A stretch of 64,000 nt of DNA, from positions 350,300,001-350,364,000 of the forward strand of contig OZ024743.1 of assembly GCA_964016885.1 (NCBI GenBank), written 5' to 3'. Positions within the stretch are counted from its first letter, which is position 1; every line of letters begins with the position of its first letter. The stretch is from Eledone cirrhosa. Taxonomy: Eukaryota. The notes below the pieces were generated by a model. The model was not told the origin of the DNA. It did not search any database and saw only the letters and a program-made list of their open reading frames with translations. This document shows, piece after piece, positions 1-14,084 of the stretch. The position numbers were made by a program, and so were the translations under genes.

Positions 1-248
1 TTATTGATACATAGTGCTGGGCCCATGGTACCATGTGATGACAAGGGCAGAGAGATCTCCAGATATAAAGCAATGCCTGTGCCGTGAAGCTTTTATAGTG
101 ATCAAAGGCACTGCACAAAGCCAGTCCCACTCTCTTAACCAAGATGATATTTACCAAAAAGAAGAACAAGTCAATATCATTGGATACCATCAGGGTTGCA
201 GGTGTTATATCAGAGTTTTCCTTCTCCTAGAATTCTGCCTTGACAAAC
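1..248 (-). mobile_element. Partial copy of a non-autonomous RTE-derived retroposon (same family as 53551-54112)
   Basis: Near-identical to ~53694-53940; contains the RTE 5'UTR-like motif CTAGGAGAAGGAAAACTC on - strand; abuts (CATA)n. Confidence 0.65.
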
Positions 249-611
249 ATACATACATACATACATACATACATACAGACATACATACATCATACATGTA
301 TATGGAAATACCGCTATTTTAAAACTCTCAATCTCTTAGAATCTTGTATTTTTTTATTAAGGCCTCGACAGTTCGTTTGAAAATCAAATTTCCTAAGTTC
401 ATAATTTAATCGACGTTTCGTATACACTCAAAGCCAGTTTCATCAGCGGGTGTGTTGTTGAACTATTTTCACTGCCTTTTTTTTTGTAGACATAGGTATA
501 TAATGTAGTTTTAAGAATTTCTGACTGGAAGTTTATATAAAATGCTAACACATGCCTCAAACAACACCGCCATTAAAATTACGTGAACTACACATGAAGT
601 ATACTATCATC

Positions 612-975
612 TGGTTGGCAGAATCGGTAGAGCGTCAGCCTTTTTAGCATAGAGTTATGGCCCTTTACGTTCAGCGTTCAAACCTGCCGAAGTTAGCTTT
701 GCCTTTCATCCTTATGGGGTCGATAAAATAAAACACCAGTAATGCACTAGGGTAATTTCTGGCCTTGTGCCAAAAGTAGAAACAATTATTATTATTGTTG
801 TTGTTGTTGTTGTTGTTTCTGAGTTCAAATCCCGCGGGGGGTTAGCTTTGCCTTTCATCCTCACGGGGTCGATAAATTAAAGCAGCAGTAATGCACTGGG
901 GTCGATTTAATCGACTTTCTGCTGCCCCCAAATTGCCTGCCTTCTGCTTATAGTAGAAATCATTATTATTGTTGT
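612..975 (+). mobile_element. Two adjacent tRNA-derived SINE copies
   Basis: A-box-like TGGCAGAATCGGTAGAGC, B-box-like GTTCAAA, core CTTTGCCTTTCATCC..GGGGTCGATAAA, (ATT)/(GTT) tails. Confidence 0.85.
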
Positions 976-1561
976 CAGTAATTGATAGATGACCATAGAA
1001 ATTGTTTGAGATAATGTTAAATGAAAGTAACAATTCTTTGTTTAGCTAGAAATAAAAACTAACTGTAAATAAAAGGAAAAAATATTGTTTAAAATGGTAG
1101 ATTTCAACTTGAATTTGAAACTAATATTGATGACATTTCTATTGTCTTATATTATCGACTTTAATTTAAAGCGAAAATTATTGTCGCTTATACAAGAAGT
1201 TTACTCTTAACGTAATCTCTAACGTTATCTCTACCAGAGTTTCCGTTTGATGTAACTTATACCCTAAATTGAGAGAGTCATAACGTCTAACAGCTATTGA
1301 TGTTGTCCTAACTTCTATCTGAAGCAAACATTAAAATAACATTTGAATAGAAATCAAGTAGATGTAACTTTTATTAGGATTTCTGATATTTTTAGATTCT
1401 ACTTGAAGCTGTAAGTGCAATAAAATTATATGTGACGTTGAATTAGACGTAACTTTCGTCTTGAAGCAGATATTGGTGTACGCTATAATTAAAATAGCAA
1501 ATAATATAACTACTAGCTACATTTGAAAAGGTCTGTCTTCTTTCTGAAACTTACAACGATG

Positions 1562-1720
1562 TACAGTTGTCCCCCGGTATCCTCGGGGGTTACGTTCCTG
1601 GAGCATGGCGAAGAGTAAAAAAAAACGGGAATATTGGACGTGGTCCATGAAAATGCCTATAAACGTCAAAATATAACGTAAAATATAATAAAAGAGAGCG
1701 AGCGTCTTATCCGAAAAGGC
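1562..1720. mobile_element. Possible Tigger/pogo-like DNA transposon terminus
   Basis: TA followed by CAGTTGTCCCCCGGTATCCTCGGGGG resembles Tigger-type TIRs; no matching right TIR confirmed. Confidence 0.35.
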
Positions 1721-1787
1721 GTCCAGTAGGCTGGCAAATACGGTATATTGTTATTAATAATTTAGCGTTAAAAAAATACATATATAT

Positions 1788-1981
1788 ATTGTTTCTACTT
1801 TTGGCACAAGGCCAGCAATTATGCCAGTGCATTACTGGTACTTTATTTTTTATCGACCCCGTAAGGATGAAAGGCAAAGTTAACCTCGGCGGGATTTGAA
1901 CACAGAATGTAAAGGAACATAATTCTATGCCGCTAAGCATGTTGTCCGATGCTCTACAGATACTGCCAATCCACCGCCCTT
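1788..1981 (-). mobile_element. tRNA-derived SINE
   Basis: Reverse complement of the SINE consensus seen at 612 and 31844. Confidence 0.85.
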
Positions 1982-2515
1982 GATAAATATATATATATTG
2001 CCACGGAGAAAGCCATAAAAAATCGCGGAAGATATTTACGATTCCGCGAATGTGCGGTGTTTTCCACGAACAATTATTAGTTAAATTCGAATGAAAAATT
2101 GAGTTTGGGACAAATTAACCATTAGCTCTTAATCTAACATGTTATCCACTTAGCTATTTCCCCTATAATACAAGCGATATGTATTTCATATTTGAAGCCA
2201 TGAAGTCTATTACTCATTGTGTAAAATCTCGTATGTGAAATATATTACATTACGTAGAAAATGCTGTATGCATTCAAATGAGTCGTTATAACTTAAAGGT
2301 GGATTCTCGAACATTTATATTAATTATATGCTAATCTTCTGCAACTAATTGTTTGTGTGAATTCCTGCACAAGTTCAAGGGTTTATGTGCATAGAAGTGA
2401 CTGAATGAGATTGCGAGATGTACAGAGATTCTCAATTACATTAGATTAAGGGGAGGGAATATTCTTCAATCCTGAAATGAAATCGCTTTCTGTTAATATT
2501 TTTTATTTATCTCAG

Positions 2516-2568
2516 GAACAAAACAAAAGCATATTGGCTTCATTTATACGAACACAAGATTTTATTTG
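2516..2568 (+). CDS. Candidate internal host exon (EQNKSILASFIRTQDFI-W)
   Basis: T-rich tract + CAG acceptor, GTAAAG donor, open frame ending in phase 2, compatible with the exon at 14576. Confidence 0.4.
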
Positions 2569-3956
2569 GTAAAGGTATGAATCTAGACGCATGATCTTAT
2601 AATCACAATCGTTAAAAATTAAAGACAAGTATGTTTTTGTTGGATCAAAGTTTACTTATGACAAAGCAACATCAACCATGGCATAAATAATATTTACCAA
2701 AAGAAATGGTTGAACAACAATAGTTGTTGATAATTGCTAGTGTGGTTTATTTTAAATACGGTATGAAGTATAAAGCGTTATTAAAGATCTATATAGAAAC
2801 TATTAACTCTATGTCGATTTGGTAGAAACATTAGAGCGTAGGATATTTGTTCTGGCTCTCTGCACTCTGAGTTCAAATCTTGCCGAAGCCCACTTTGTCA
2901 GTTTAGTTATTGTTTAGTTTAGATCACTCCCTTTCTAGATATCCCATCCTATGAAGTCATACTCGATTGCGTGTAACAAGCGAAGTAATTTCCATACAAA
3001 TTTGAACTGTTGATAGCATTGTTTTAAGCAGTAAAGTTTGAATGAACAGTTACAGTTTACAGAAAATAACTGAATAGTTTCATATTGTTTTTCAATAGAT
3101 TGACACAGCTAGTATACATCGTAAAGACGTATACAGTCATTTTAGAAAGATTAATTATATTTGATACATCATACAATGAATAAACACAACCGGTAGGTTT
3201 ATTTTGAAAAAATACTTACACCCTATATATGTTGATTGGATAGACATAATCTATAGTAGTAGTAGTAGTAGTATAAGCAACAGCAGTTGCAGCAGCAGTA
3301 ATGGTAGTAGTAATATAGAAGCATAGTAGTAGTAGTAGTAGTAGTAGTAGATGTTGTTATCGTTGCTGCTGTTGTTATAGAGCCCGGGTTTAGCTCTAAT
3401 CCAGCATACCTATATGGCGTAGTTATTGAACTGACATATTTCGTATAACACCCACAAATCTAATGTTTCAGACACAATAAGCCTACCTAGCTAATGACCA
3501 TACCAAAGACCAGGCCAACGGGGAGCTTCTATGCAGACTTTAAATTCCTAGAAATAACCATTGTAAAAAACTGTGCTTTCAGCAGTTGTCTCAAGATCGA
3601 GCGACTGTCATACAATTTAAAGCCACAGAAAACTACTGGTGCTCACTAAGATGAGGGAACACTCAAGATAGTAAACTAAACTATTGTTGACAAATATTAT
3701 CATAAAATTTCAGATGTTGAAAAGGGGAGCAATAGGCTGGTAGTTATCTGGGTCACGTTGTCCTTTTGGACAATGGGACATAATGTAGTGGTTTGGGAAT
3801 AAATATTTAGGAAAGGAGAGGGAGGAAAGAGAGAGACACAATAGGATAAACACAGCATTAAACCGCACAGTTTGAGATCAATGAAAAAAAGATAAGGTCG
3901 GAAGCAATTGCTTTGTTGGTCTAGTTTCGACGGATAGGATTTGCACTTGGCTACTC

Positions 3957-4017
<61 letters not shown>

Positions 4018-4150
4018 AAGGAAATGTGGTAAGGAACCAGGTGGACCATAACGCACCAAAGTACTCAATACTTAGGGTAGTAGAGTGGGTAATAGGAACG
4101 AGTAAGACCCCGACGGCTGAGCTCAAGCCGTTTCGACGGCTAGTGTATAT

Positions 4151-4196
<46 letters not shown>

Positions 4197-4273
4197 TTCA
4201 GTCCAGAATTAGCCGTCGAAACGGCTTGAGCTCAGCCGTCGGGGTCTTACTTGTTCCCATATATATATATATT

Positions 4274-4304
<31 letters not shown>

Positions 4305-4317
4305 GTATATGTATATA

Positions 4318-4370
<53 letters not shown>

Positions 4371-4371
4371 A

Positions 4372-4422
<51 letters not shown>

Positions 4423-4493
4423 CAACTTTTTCAAATACAAGTCGATGTTGAAAGGTATGTCAAATCTATTTATCTATAAAACTGTCTATATTG

Positions 4494-4559
4494 TATTTTG
4501 TCTGAAGAAGGCATAACATATTGTTAATATGATATCCCTGAAATATATATAATGAAATA
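4494..4559 (+). ncRNA. Minimal type I hammerhead ribozyme motif
   Basis: TATTTTGT-CTGAAGA-AGG..CCT-GAAA-TATATA-TA-ATGAAATA; helix I and II pair, palindromic helix III. Confidence 0.65.
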
Positions 4560-4686
4560 AATATGGTTTTATAAATATAGTTTCCATTTATTTAATATCG
4601 TAAATATACTCCAAATACTTGTTGAGTGCTTTTATATCAGTTATAAATATTTACTAGTTGTAACCCAACAATTTAAATATAACTTT

Positions 4687-4742
<56 letters not shown>

Positions 4743-4753
4743 ATATATATATA

Positions 4754-4793
<40 letters not shown>

Positions 4794-5265
4794 TAAACGG
4801 AATAGAAAATGTTGACAAATTGTTCACAGTTGAAAAATGGTTTAATTAGGAATAAAAGAGTATTAGTGATTGTATGGGTTAGTATTCAGTTGTGGTTTTA
4901 AGTTTTTAAGTTTTTACCGGTTGCGCATTTCTAAATGCTTTTCAAAAATAATTTTGAGATAGAGTGTCCGTGCTGTTTGCTCTGATCTGATTAGTTTTGG
5001 GAATTCTACCTGTTTTTATGTTAAAAAAGTGGCTCCAGCGTTATTTTTGTGTTGCAAAAATGCTTGTGGTCAAAACAATTTTGATTGGTCGGTAGAGGTC
5101 ATGTGAATGTAAAAAGTTGATTTTGCGCCAAGACTGTTTTTATGTTAAAAAAGTGGCTCCAGCAAAAATTCTTGGTCAAAACAATTTTGATTGGTCGGTA
5201 GAGGTCATGTGGATAAAAAATTGGTTTTGCGCCAAGATTGAGAAATGACTCTTTCACAACGAATA

Positions 5266-5348
<83 letters not shown>

Positions 5349-5420
5349 TAGTAGTAGTAGTGAGGTGTTCGATGCTGCGACAATGGCCAGCAGCGATGTG
5401 TGTCAAATGGCTATTAAGAT

Positions 5421-5466
<46 letters not shown>

Positions 5467-5486
5467 CAGAGTAATATATGTGTGTG

Positions 5487-5685
<199 letters not shown>

Positions 5686-5753
5686 ATATATATATATATA
5701 CATGTGTGTATATATATATATATATATATGTGTGTGTATTGTATATATATATA

Positions 5754-5813
<60 letters not shown>

Positions 5814-5837
5814 TATGTGTGTGTATATATATATATA

Positions 5838-6468
<631 letters not shown>

Positions 6469-6526
6469 ATGTATATATATATATATATATATATATTAAA
6501 TATATATGTATATATATATATATATG

Positions 6527-6608
<82 letters not shown>

Positions 6609-6688
6609 TATATGTATATGTATATAGCGGCGATGAATTAGTTTTGCGAGGTTTTTTATATGAAATCGTGTGTCGAAACAAATATTGT

Positions 6689-6922
<234 letters not shown>

Positions 6923-7154
6923 GAGAGAGAGATTACAATAATCAAAGTTCAGTTTAAATCATTTATTTGCTTACAATTGTTTCCTCCAAACCGAGGATTT
7001 GGATTCTTCGGAGCAACTATTTAGTGATCTATAACATACTCGACCTCCTTTTCAACACAAGAGACATATAAAAACATATGCACATATTGACCCACTGTGG
7101 GTGACATCCATCAAAATGATATAGCATGGCAATTTACATATAAAGGTTAAAGGA

Positions 7155-7406
7155 TAAAAATAAAAATAAAAATAAAAATAAAAATAAAAATAAAAATAAA
7201 AATAAAAATAAAAATAAAAATAAAAATAAAAATAAAAATAAAAATAAAAATAAAAATAAAAATAAAAATAAAAATAAAAATAAAAATAAAAATAAAAATA
7301 AAAATAAAAATAAAAATAAAAATAAAAATAAAAATAAAAATAAAAATAAAAATAAAAATAAAAATAAAAATAAAAATAAAAATAAAAATAAAAATAAAAA
7401 TAAAAA
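7155..7406. repeat. (TAAAAA)n hexanucleotide array
   Basis: About 250 bp of pure repeat. Confidence 0.95.
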
Positions 7407-8019
7407 TGAAACATTAGCAGTTTATGAAGATAAAGCAAGAGGAAAGTTTAGAGTAGTCAGTGTATGAAACAATCTCACGTGTAGCATGCACGCGTGTCTT
7501 ATTTATCCAGGATTAGAGTGCGTCAGAATGTTACTTGCAGGTCAGGCAGTTGAAGCAGGCAATGGAATTATTATGTGGGCTGAATTATTAAATCATTTTT
7601 TCGCATACACCTGTATGATATAGTCCCGAAGGTAGAGAAACACCAAAATATCAAAAATATCAAACATATTATAAAACATATATCGTAGGTAAAACAGTAC
7701 CACTGTCTTCGAGCACACCACCACTCACATAATCCATGAGACGCAATATATAGACCACGGGTCTATCATATAATTCACGATGGTTCAGCATATAACCAAG
7801 TTATAAACCGTATCTTGTCGATTCTTAATTAATAGATCATGTTGTTTAGTTTTGTGTGATATTATATTCCGGAAGTGTGTGTGTGACCAAGGGGAGTTAA
7901 TGCGTAAGGTGAGGTAACTAGCTGGTTTTCTTAGTTAAATTTATTATCCTAAATTACATTAATGGTGTTTCAAATAAGTGCCTATCATATGATGTTATAA
8001 CTAATTTCTAGATTATGTT

Positions 8020-8840
8020 ACTTATCTATAGGTTACAGTGTAGTCTATTAAGAAGTACTAAAGGTGTATATATCAGGATGATTGCCTTCTATTAAGGGGT
8101 GTCATATCTGAACATTCTATAAGAAGAGTCAGACCCCCAAATCAATGTTCTTTGTAAGTGTAATTCCACCCGCAGGACCTGGCATGGTCCTATTATTATA
8201 TATGACTCCCGGTAAGCTCTGGGTCATTGTATGTCTGAATCCTTGACACATTTGAATATCTCCAGGGTGGTCTGGAGATCAAATCTCTCATATAAAGACA
8301 CCAGTCTGGCTATCAAGCAATAGATAAACTCCCATCTCATAAAAAAATTAAATTAGGTATCTTATCTACGAATTAGAGTGGAGTCTATTAATAAGTACTA
8401 AAGGAGTTCATATCATGATGATTACAATCTGGAGATCAAATCTCTCATATAAAGACACCAGTCTGGCTATCAAGCAATACATAAACTCCCATCTCATATA
8501 TAAATTGAATTAGGTATCTTATCTACAAATTAGAGTGGAGTCTATTAATAAGTCCTAAAGGAGTTCATATCATGATGATTACAATCTAATATGGAGTGCC
8601 ACACCTGGGCAATCTATAAGAAGAGTCAGACTACAAAATTAATTATATGGGTCTCACTACTAATAAGGGTCTTATTACTAATAATGGTCTTATCATACAA
8701 GACTCCCGGCAAGTTTCGGGTCATTGTATGACTGCATCCCCGGTAAATTCAAATATCACGAGGGTGGTCCGGGGACCAGTTCTCTCATCAAAAGATACTA
8801 ATCAGGTCATCAAGCAACACAGAAACTCCTAACTCATGTA
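8020..8840. repeat. Diverged ~340-bp duplication containing a recent 157-bp tandem duplication
   Basis: 8271-8427 repeated at 8428-8587; ~8020-8340 resembles ~8518-8840. Confidence 0.75.
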
Positions 8841-9042
8841 TCACCTGTGCATAATTCATTGTACTCATCGTATAGAATATATAGTCACATAATAATAAGA
8901 TTACTTACTTAATCATCAATCTATCTCATGGTGGCACTCCATGCACCGGAGCTATTTATACGTATATATGTGTGTGTGTGTGTCTGTCTGTGTGCGTGTG
9001 TGTGTGCGTGTGTGTGTGTGTGCGTGAGTGTGTGCGTGAGAG

Positions 9043-9220
9043 TAGGGTTGTAACAAAAGTTCATAGCGTTTTTAAATGAAATTCATTATCTATATTTAAA
9101 CAGTTGTACATATCTTTTTCAACCACATATTTTCCATTTTGTTCCTTCACCGTTCGTCATCTTTGGATTAATTTCATGATCCCATCCACCCTCAACTTGG
9201 CATCTTTCTGGGTCCATATA
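9043..9220 (-). mobile_element. Mariner-like transposon remnant (transposase C-terminus and TIR)
   Basis: - strand reads DGIMKLIQR*RTVKEQNGKYV, like mariner GIxKLxxRWxxVxExNGxY; TIR-like TAGGGTTGTAACAAAAGTT. Confidence 0.6.
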
Positions 9221-9776
9221 AAATTAATACTGTAATCTCTGCCGATGCTACATATATTTTATATATATTATTTCCCTTTTTATATATCATATCTTTACAT
9301 ATTACACTAACTACCGCCATGCGCCCGTCGCTGCTTATAATGAACAGCTCCTACAACATAATTAACAAACTATATTCCGTCCATATAAAGAAAAATAATA
9401 ACAATATTCTAAATAAATAAACAATACATAAACCATTTATTCCCATCTATTAAATAAGTGTCCATTCTTGTGGTGTCACCCAATATATATCGATCTAAAT
9501 ATACCTAAAAACTAACTAGCAACATTAAATTGTAATGACATAAAAATGTTAAGTAAACCTATAGTTTTGTATGGCTTTTTAAAAAAATTCCATCTGCATA
9601 ACATGTCTTAGAATCTAACACCTTGCTGTACGCTAAATGTTTTTGATACTGTAGTGTTATTTTTAAAACACGCACAGAATGGAAAAAAATGGATGAGAAT
9701 TAACGTACAGGGGACAAGAACCCAAATATTTAGTTAGCCGGGCCAATGTGATGGCAGCACATTACGGCATAAGCAC

Positions 9777-9811
<35 letters not shown>

Positions 9812-9812
<1 letters not shown>

Positions 9813-12570
9813 TAATAATGATTTCATTTATTGGCCACAAGGGCCGACATATAGGGGACAATATAAAAGACTGGGTCAGTGGGGTTTTACAGAAAAATCG
9901 AGTAAACAATATGAATAACAATAACAAAATAACAAGAAAATTACAAGAAAAAATTCCCCAATAGGGGGGATAATCACCCAGGGTTCGCTCAGGTACCCCA
10001 CCAATTCTGAACGAGCCGACGCTTCGAGAGCACCCTGGAAGGGCACCCCTCTCCTCCTCAAATTTACCTACCTACAGCCGCAAGACCAGAGTAGGCCCAC
10101 TCACACGTGCCATTCTCGCCACATTCACCCACCTTTCAGCAAATGTACTGGGGGGCAGCACATCTCTCTCCACCCTCACCTTCCTTTCCAAGTGAAACTA
10201 GAAAAAGTTGATGAGGGATTGGCCGAAGAGAAAAGTGTCTGTCTTCAGTCCTTTCAACTTCGTCCACCATACAACATCTTTCACTACTGCCACCAGACAG
10301 AGGAAAATTGCCTGCCCTTCCTGGCCAAAAGAAGGCGGCGGGTCGATCTTCACTATGGACTCGGCTGATAGCCGGATCCGTTCTACAAGCTACAACAGCT
10401 GTTCAACATAACTCCACAAGTCAGTAATGCACGGACACTGGACGAGTGCGTGCAGAACGGTTTCGTCGCTCTGCGCGCATCTCGGGCAGGTCCGTCTGAC
10501 AGCACTTCCGTGCCTGTAGAGTTTATCTCGAACAGGCAGTGCTCCCCGGTAGCACTGCCAAGCGAGGGATTTTTGGAAATTATCCATCGTCCCCGTGTCG
10601 AAAGTCCTCCAGTACAGACTGGTTAGTTCGACTTCGTTGACTCCCAGAGCCTCTCCGAGTGCGTCGTCGCACTTGCCCACCACTAATCCTCTATAGAACT
10701 CGAGAGTGGAAGTTCCACTGACCGCATTGCTCGCCTGGTTAAGGGCAGTGAGTGCCTGGCAACATTCCAGATGCCAGTCAGCCAGTCTCGGTCTCTTCTT
10801 GACCCAGGACTGCAGCTCAGTCAAAGAAACGAGCTGCGGAAAGGCCCATCTGACAAACGGCGACCACACCTGTTCACCGTTTAGGCAGAATATCTGGAGA
10901 TGCCGCAGCCTCAGCGCGTGCCTGCGCATCATTAGCCACGGCATGCCCAGCCCTCTACGTAGAGGGTGCTGGCAGCAGATGGACCGCCTCACCAGCGGAA
11001 CCTGACCCCTCCACAAGAATTTGAAGAGGAGCCGCTCCAAGATGGCGAGGCGCGAACGGGGGCAAGGGACGACGGTCAGACGGTAGTAGATGACGGACGC
11101 GATGTGCGCGTTCGCCACCTCCGCCCGACCTTTCAGTGATAGCTTCATCCCAGCCCATTTCTGGGTGAGACTGGCTACCCTTTCCGTCACCTCGTCCCAA
11201 TTCTTATCCACCTGGAGGTCTGGCCCGAACCAAACCCCGAGCAACTTTACCGGTCCGCCCGTCCAGCGCCTAACGACGCTGTTGGACGGCATGGACTTTC
11301 CTCTCCAGGTGCCGAGTTGCAAGCCCACCGACTTTTCCGGGTTAAGTTTTGCTCCCGTCAACCCTTCATATTACTCCAATAAGTTGCCGACCACCTCGAT
11401 TTCTGAGGTGTCCGACACCATCACGGTGATGTCGTTCGCATAAGCTGATACATCCTTTCCGCGTCCCGGTTCGAGCGGGATGCCCTGCAACAGCTCCAGC
11501 TTCCGCAGTAAAGGCTCGAGAGTCAATACGTACAGAAGGGAGGAGAGAGGGCACCCTTGACGAGCCGATCGGGAGACCTGAAACGGTTCCGAGAGGTGGC
11601 CATTAATTTTGACCATCGAGCAGGTGCCGCTGTGCATTGCAGCGATCCAGCTTCTGAAGACGGGGCCGAAGCCAGCCGCCTTGAGGACAGCCTCCAGGTA
11701 CCGATGGTCGACCCTATCGAATGCTTTCGATTGATCTAAATTGATCAGAGCCCCACCGAAGCCAGGTTTACACCCACCCTCTCTATGATGATTCGCATTA
11801 GCTGGAGGTTGTCGTGTATGGACCTGGTTGGGATTGCGCAAGTTTGCGCCTCCCCAACCAAATCCCCGACGACAAGCGCCAACCTCTTCGCTAACACCCT
11901 GGCCAAAATCTTAAACTCTGTGTTGAGCAGAGTTATGGGCCTGATATTGTCTAATGTGTCCCTCTTGTTCTCGTCTTTCCTTATCAGCGTCACTACGCCC
12001 CGGCTCACAGAACTGGGAATACTCCCGTTTTGCTGCCAGTTGCAGTAGAAGGCTTCGAGGAGATTGGAGAACAAGTCTGGCATATTTACGTAAAGCTCGT
12101 AGGGCAGACTATCCAAACCGGGTGACTTGCGCCTCATGCAGCCGACAAGGGCATCCTGAATCTCGGCTGAAGTAATTGGCCTTTCGCAGCGCCCAGCGTC
12201 AGCCGTCGAGAGTTGCGGCAAGCTATCGAGGTAGGGACTGAAGTCCGCCACCATCTGTGACCCGCCCCTTCCCCCGAACAACCGAGCAAAATGTTGGCGA
12301 AAGGCCTCACACATCCGCTTGGAATCGCTCAGCTCGTGTCCATCTCGAGCCATCAAAGACCGAATCGTGGTTTTATTACGACGCTGTGCCTCTGCCACGC
12401 GGGCCCATCAAACAGCTTTGGTTCCCTCGTTTCTCGGAGCACGCGCCTTAACTCTGACAATGTAATCTTCGTGTTTCGCATTGAAGAAATGGTCTAATGC
12501 CACTCTCACCGCTAGCATGTCAGTTGCAATGCCACTACCAATAGCCTCGTCTAACTTATCTACCATCTCC
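9812..12570 (-). mobile_element. 5'-truncated L1/Tx1-clade LINE (copy A), RT and zf-RVT, frameshifted
   Basis: KSPGLD, RPITLLN, DQSKAFD, RQGCPLS, GLGMP, CPRC..ETVLH..C motifs; 3'UTR AATAAA and (ATT) tail. Confidence 0.95.
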
Positions 12571-12773
12571 TCAGTGACTGGGGATTCTTTTCTTTGTTTT
12601 TTGTACCTCTCCTTTGTTCTGTCCTACGCCATCTATATATATATATAGATGTAAATATAATGTATTTTGCAATACACTTTATGCTTAATTAAAAGCATTT
12701 TGAAGACCGTAAGCTATTGTTTTAAAGTAGTGACAAATTCACTCACTTCGATCTCAGCAAACAGGAGGAGATA

Positions 12774-12817
12774 AGCCGACATGACATGTTTCGCTTTTGT
12801 TGAAGCTTATCAAGGCC
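12774..12817 (-). ncRNA. Type I hammerhead ribozyme, U3-A8 core variant (copy 1)
   Basis: GGCC-TTGATAA-GCTT(CAACAA)AAGC-GAAA-CATGTCATG-TC-GGCT; helix I extended by CTCAGCAGACGGG/CCTGTTTGCTGAG. Confidence 0.8.
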
Positions 12818-13090
12818 AACTACCCCGCCCGTCTGCTGAGATTAATGATGTTATATTCTTATAGAAATCTAGTAAATAATCAGGAGCTGATTATGCAGAG
12901 CGGTTGTTGGTCAGGCAGAAATTAAAAATTAGAATTGTAGCTCTGAAATAGCAATATATATATGGATGTAAATATAATGTATTTTGCAATACACTTTATG
13001 CTTAATTAAAAGCATTTTGAAGACCGTAAGCTATTGTTTTAAAGTAGTGACAAATTCACTCACTTCGATCTCAGCAAACAGGAGGAGATA

Positions 13091-13134
13091 AGCCGACATG
13101 ACATGTTTCGCTTTTGTTGAAGCTTATCAAGGCC
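13091..13134 (-). ncRNA. Type I hammerhead ribozyme, U3-A8 core variant (copy 2)
   Basis: Identical to copy 1, 317 bp away. Confidence 0.8.
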
Positions 13135-13464
13135 AACTACCCCGCCCGTCTGCTGAGATTAATGATGTTATATTCTTATAGAAATCTAGTAAATAATCAG
13201 GAGCTGATTATGCAGAGCGGTTGTTGGTCAGGCAGAAATTAAAAATTAGAATTGTAGCTCTGAAATAGCAATATATATATGGATGTAAATATAATGTATT
13301 TTGCAATACACTTTATGCTTAATTAAAAGCATTTTGAAGACCGTAAGCTCACTACTTTAAAACAATAGCTTACGGTCTTCAAAATGCTTTTAATTAAGCA
13401 TAAAGTGTATTGAAAAATACATTATATTTACATCCATATATATATTGCTATTTCAGAGCTACAA

Positions 13465-13561
<97 letters not shown>

Positions 13562-14014
13562 CAGGACATAATTTGACACCTAGTTAAGTGGACATTTTCA
13601 CAGGCACAATGTCTCATTGAGAATGTGACTTTAACTCCAGGAATAAAGAAATATTATATAATTAGAAAAACTATGAATTAGAATAAAACTTCATTTATGT
13701 AAGCATGCAAATTAGTATGGTATTTTTAAGGGTGAAAATAATTTTTTGGGGAAAATAAACAAAAATGTAAATTTTCTGTATTTGTTTCTCTTTGCACATT
13801 TTGATGAAACTCAGTTGGAATTACATTCTGAATTGATCGCAGTAGCAATTATGAATGAATCAAAATTCTCGGATCAAACAAGATCTACCAGTATACTTTC
13901 TAAAGCAATTTATCCGTAATATAGTGAATTTATTTATCTTAAGCTTAATTATTCATTTCCTGAGCAAAGTTGGTTATGACTGCTACTAGTATTTATAAAC
14001 ACACACACACACAC

Positions 14015-14084
<70 letters not shown>

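Larger units (their letters stand above)
12640..13470 (-). mobile_element. 317-bp tandem array with HHRs plus terminal inversion (retrozyme or non-autonomous PLE-like)
   Basis: Unit landmarks at 12648, 12965, 13282; 13350-13470 is an inverted partial unit; flanked by (TA)n. Confidence 0.85.

Noticed and set aside
405-452. CTGATGA..GAAACGTC on - strand
   Set aside because: Helix I and II do not pair convincingly; at best a decayed HHR
5010-5240. ~120-bp tandem repeat, superficially array-like
   Set aside because: No repeat-spacer structure and eukaryotic context; an ordinary local duplication
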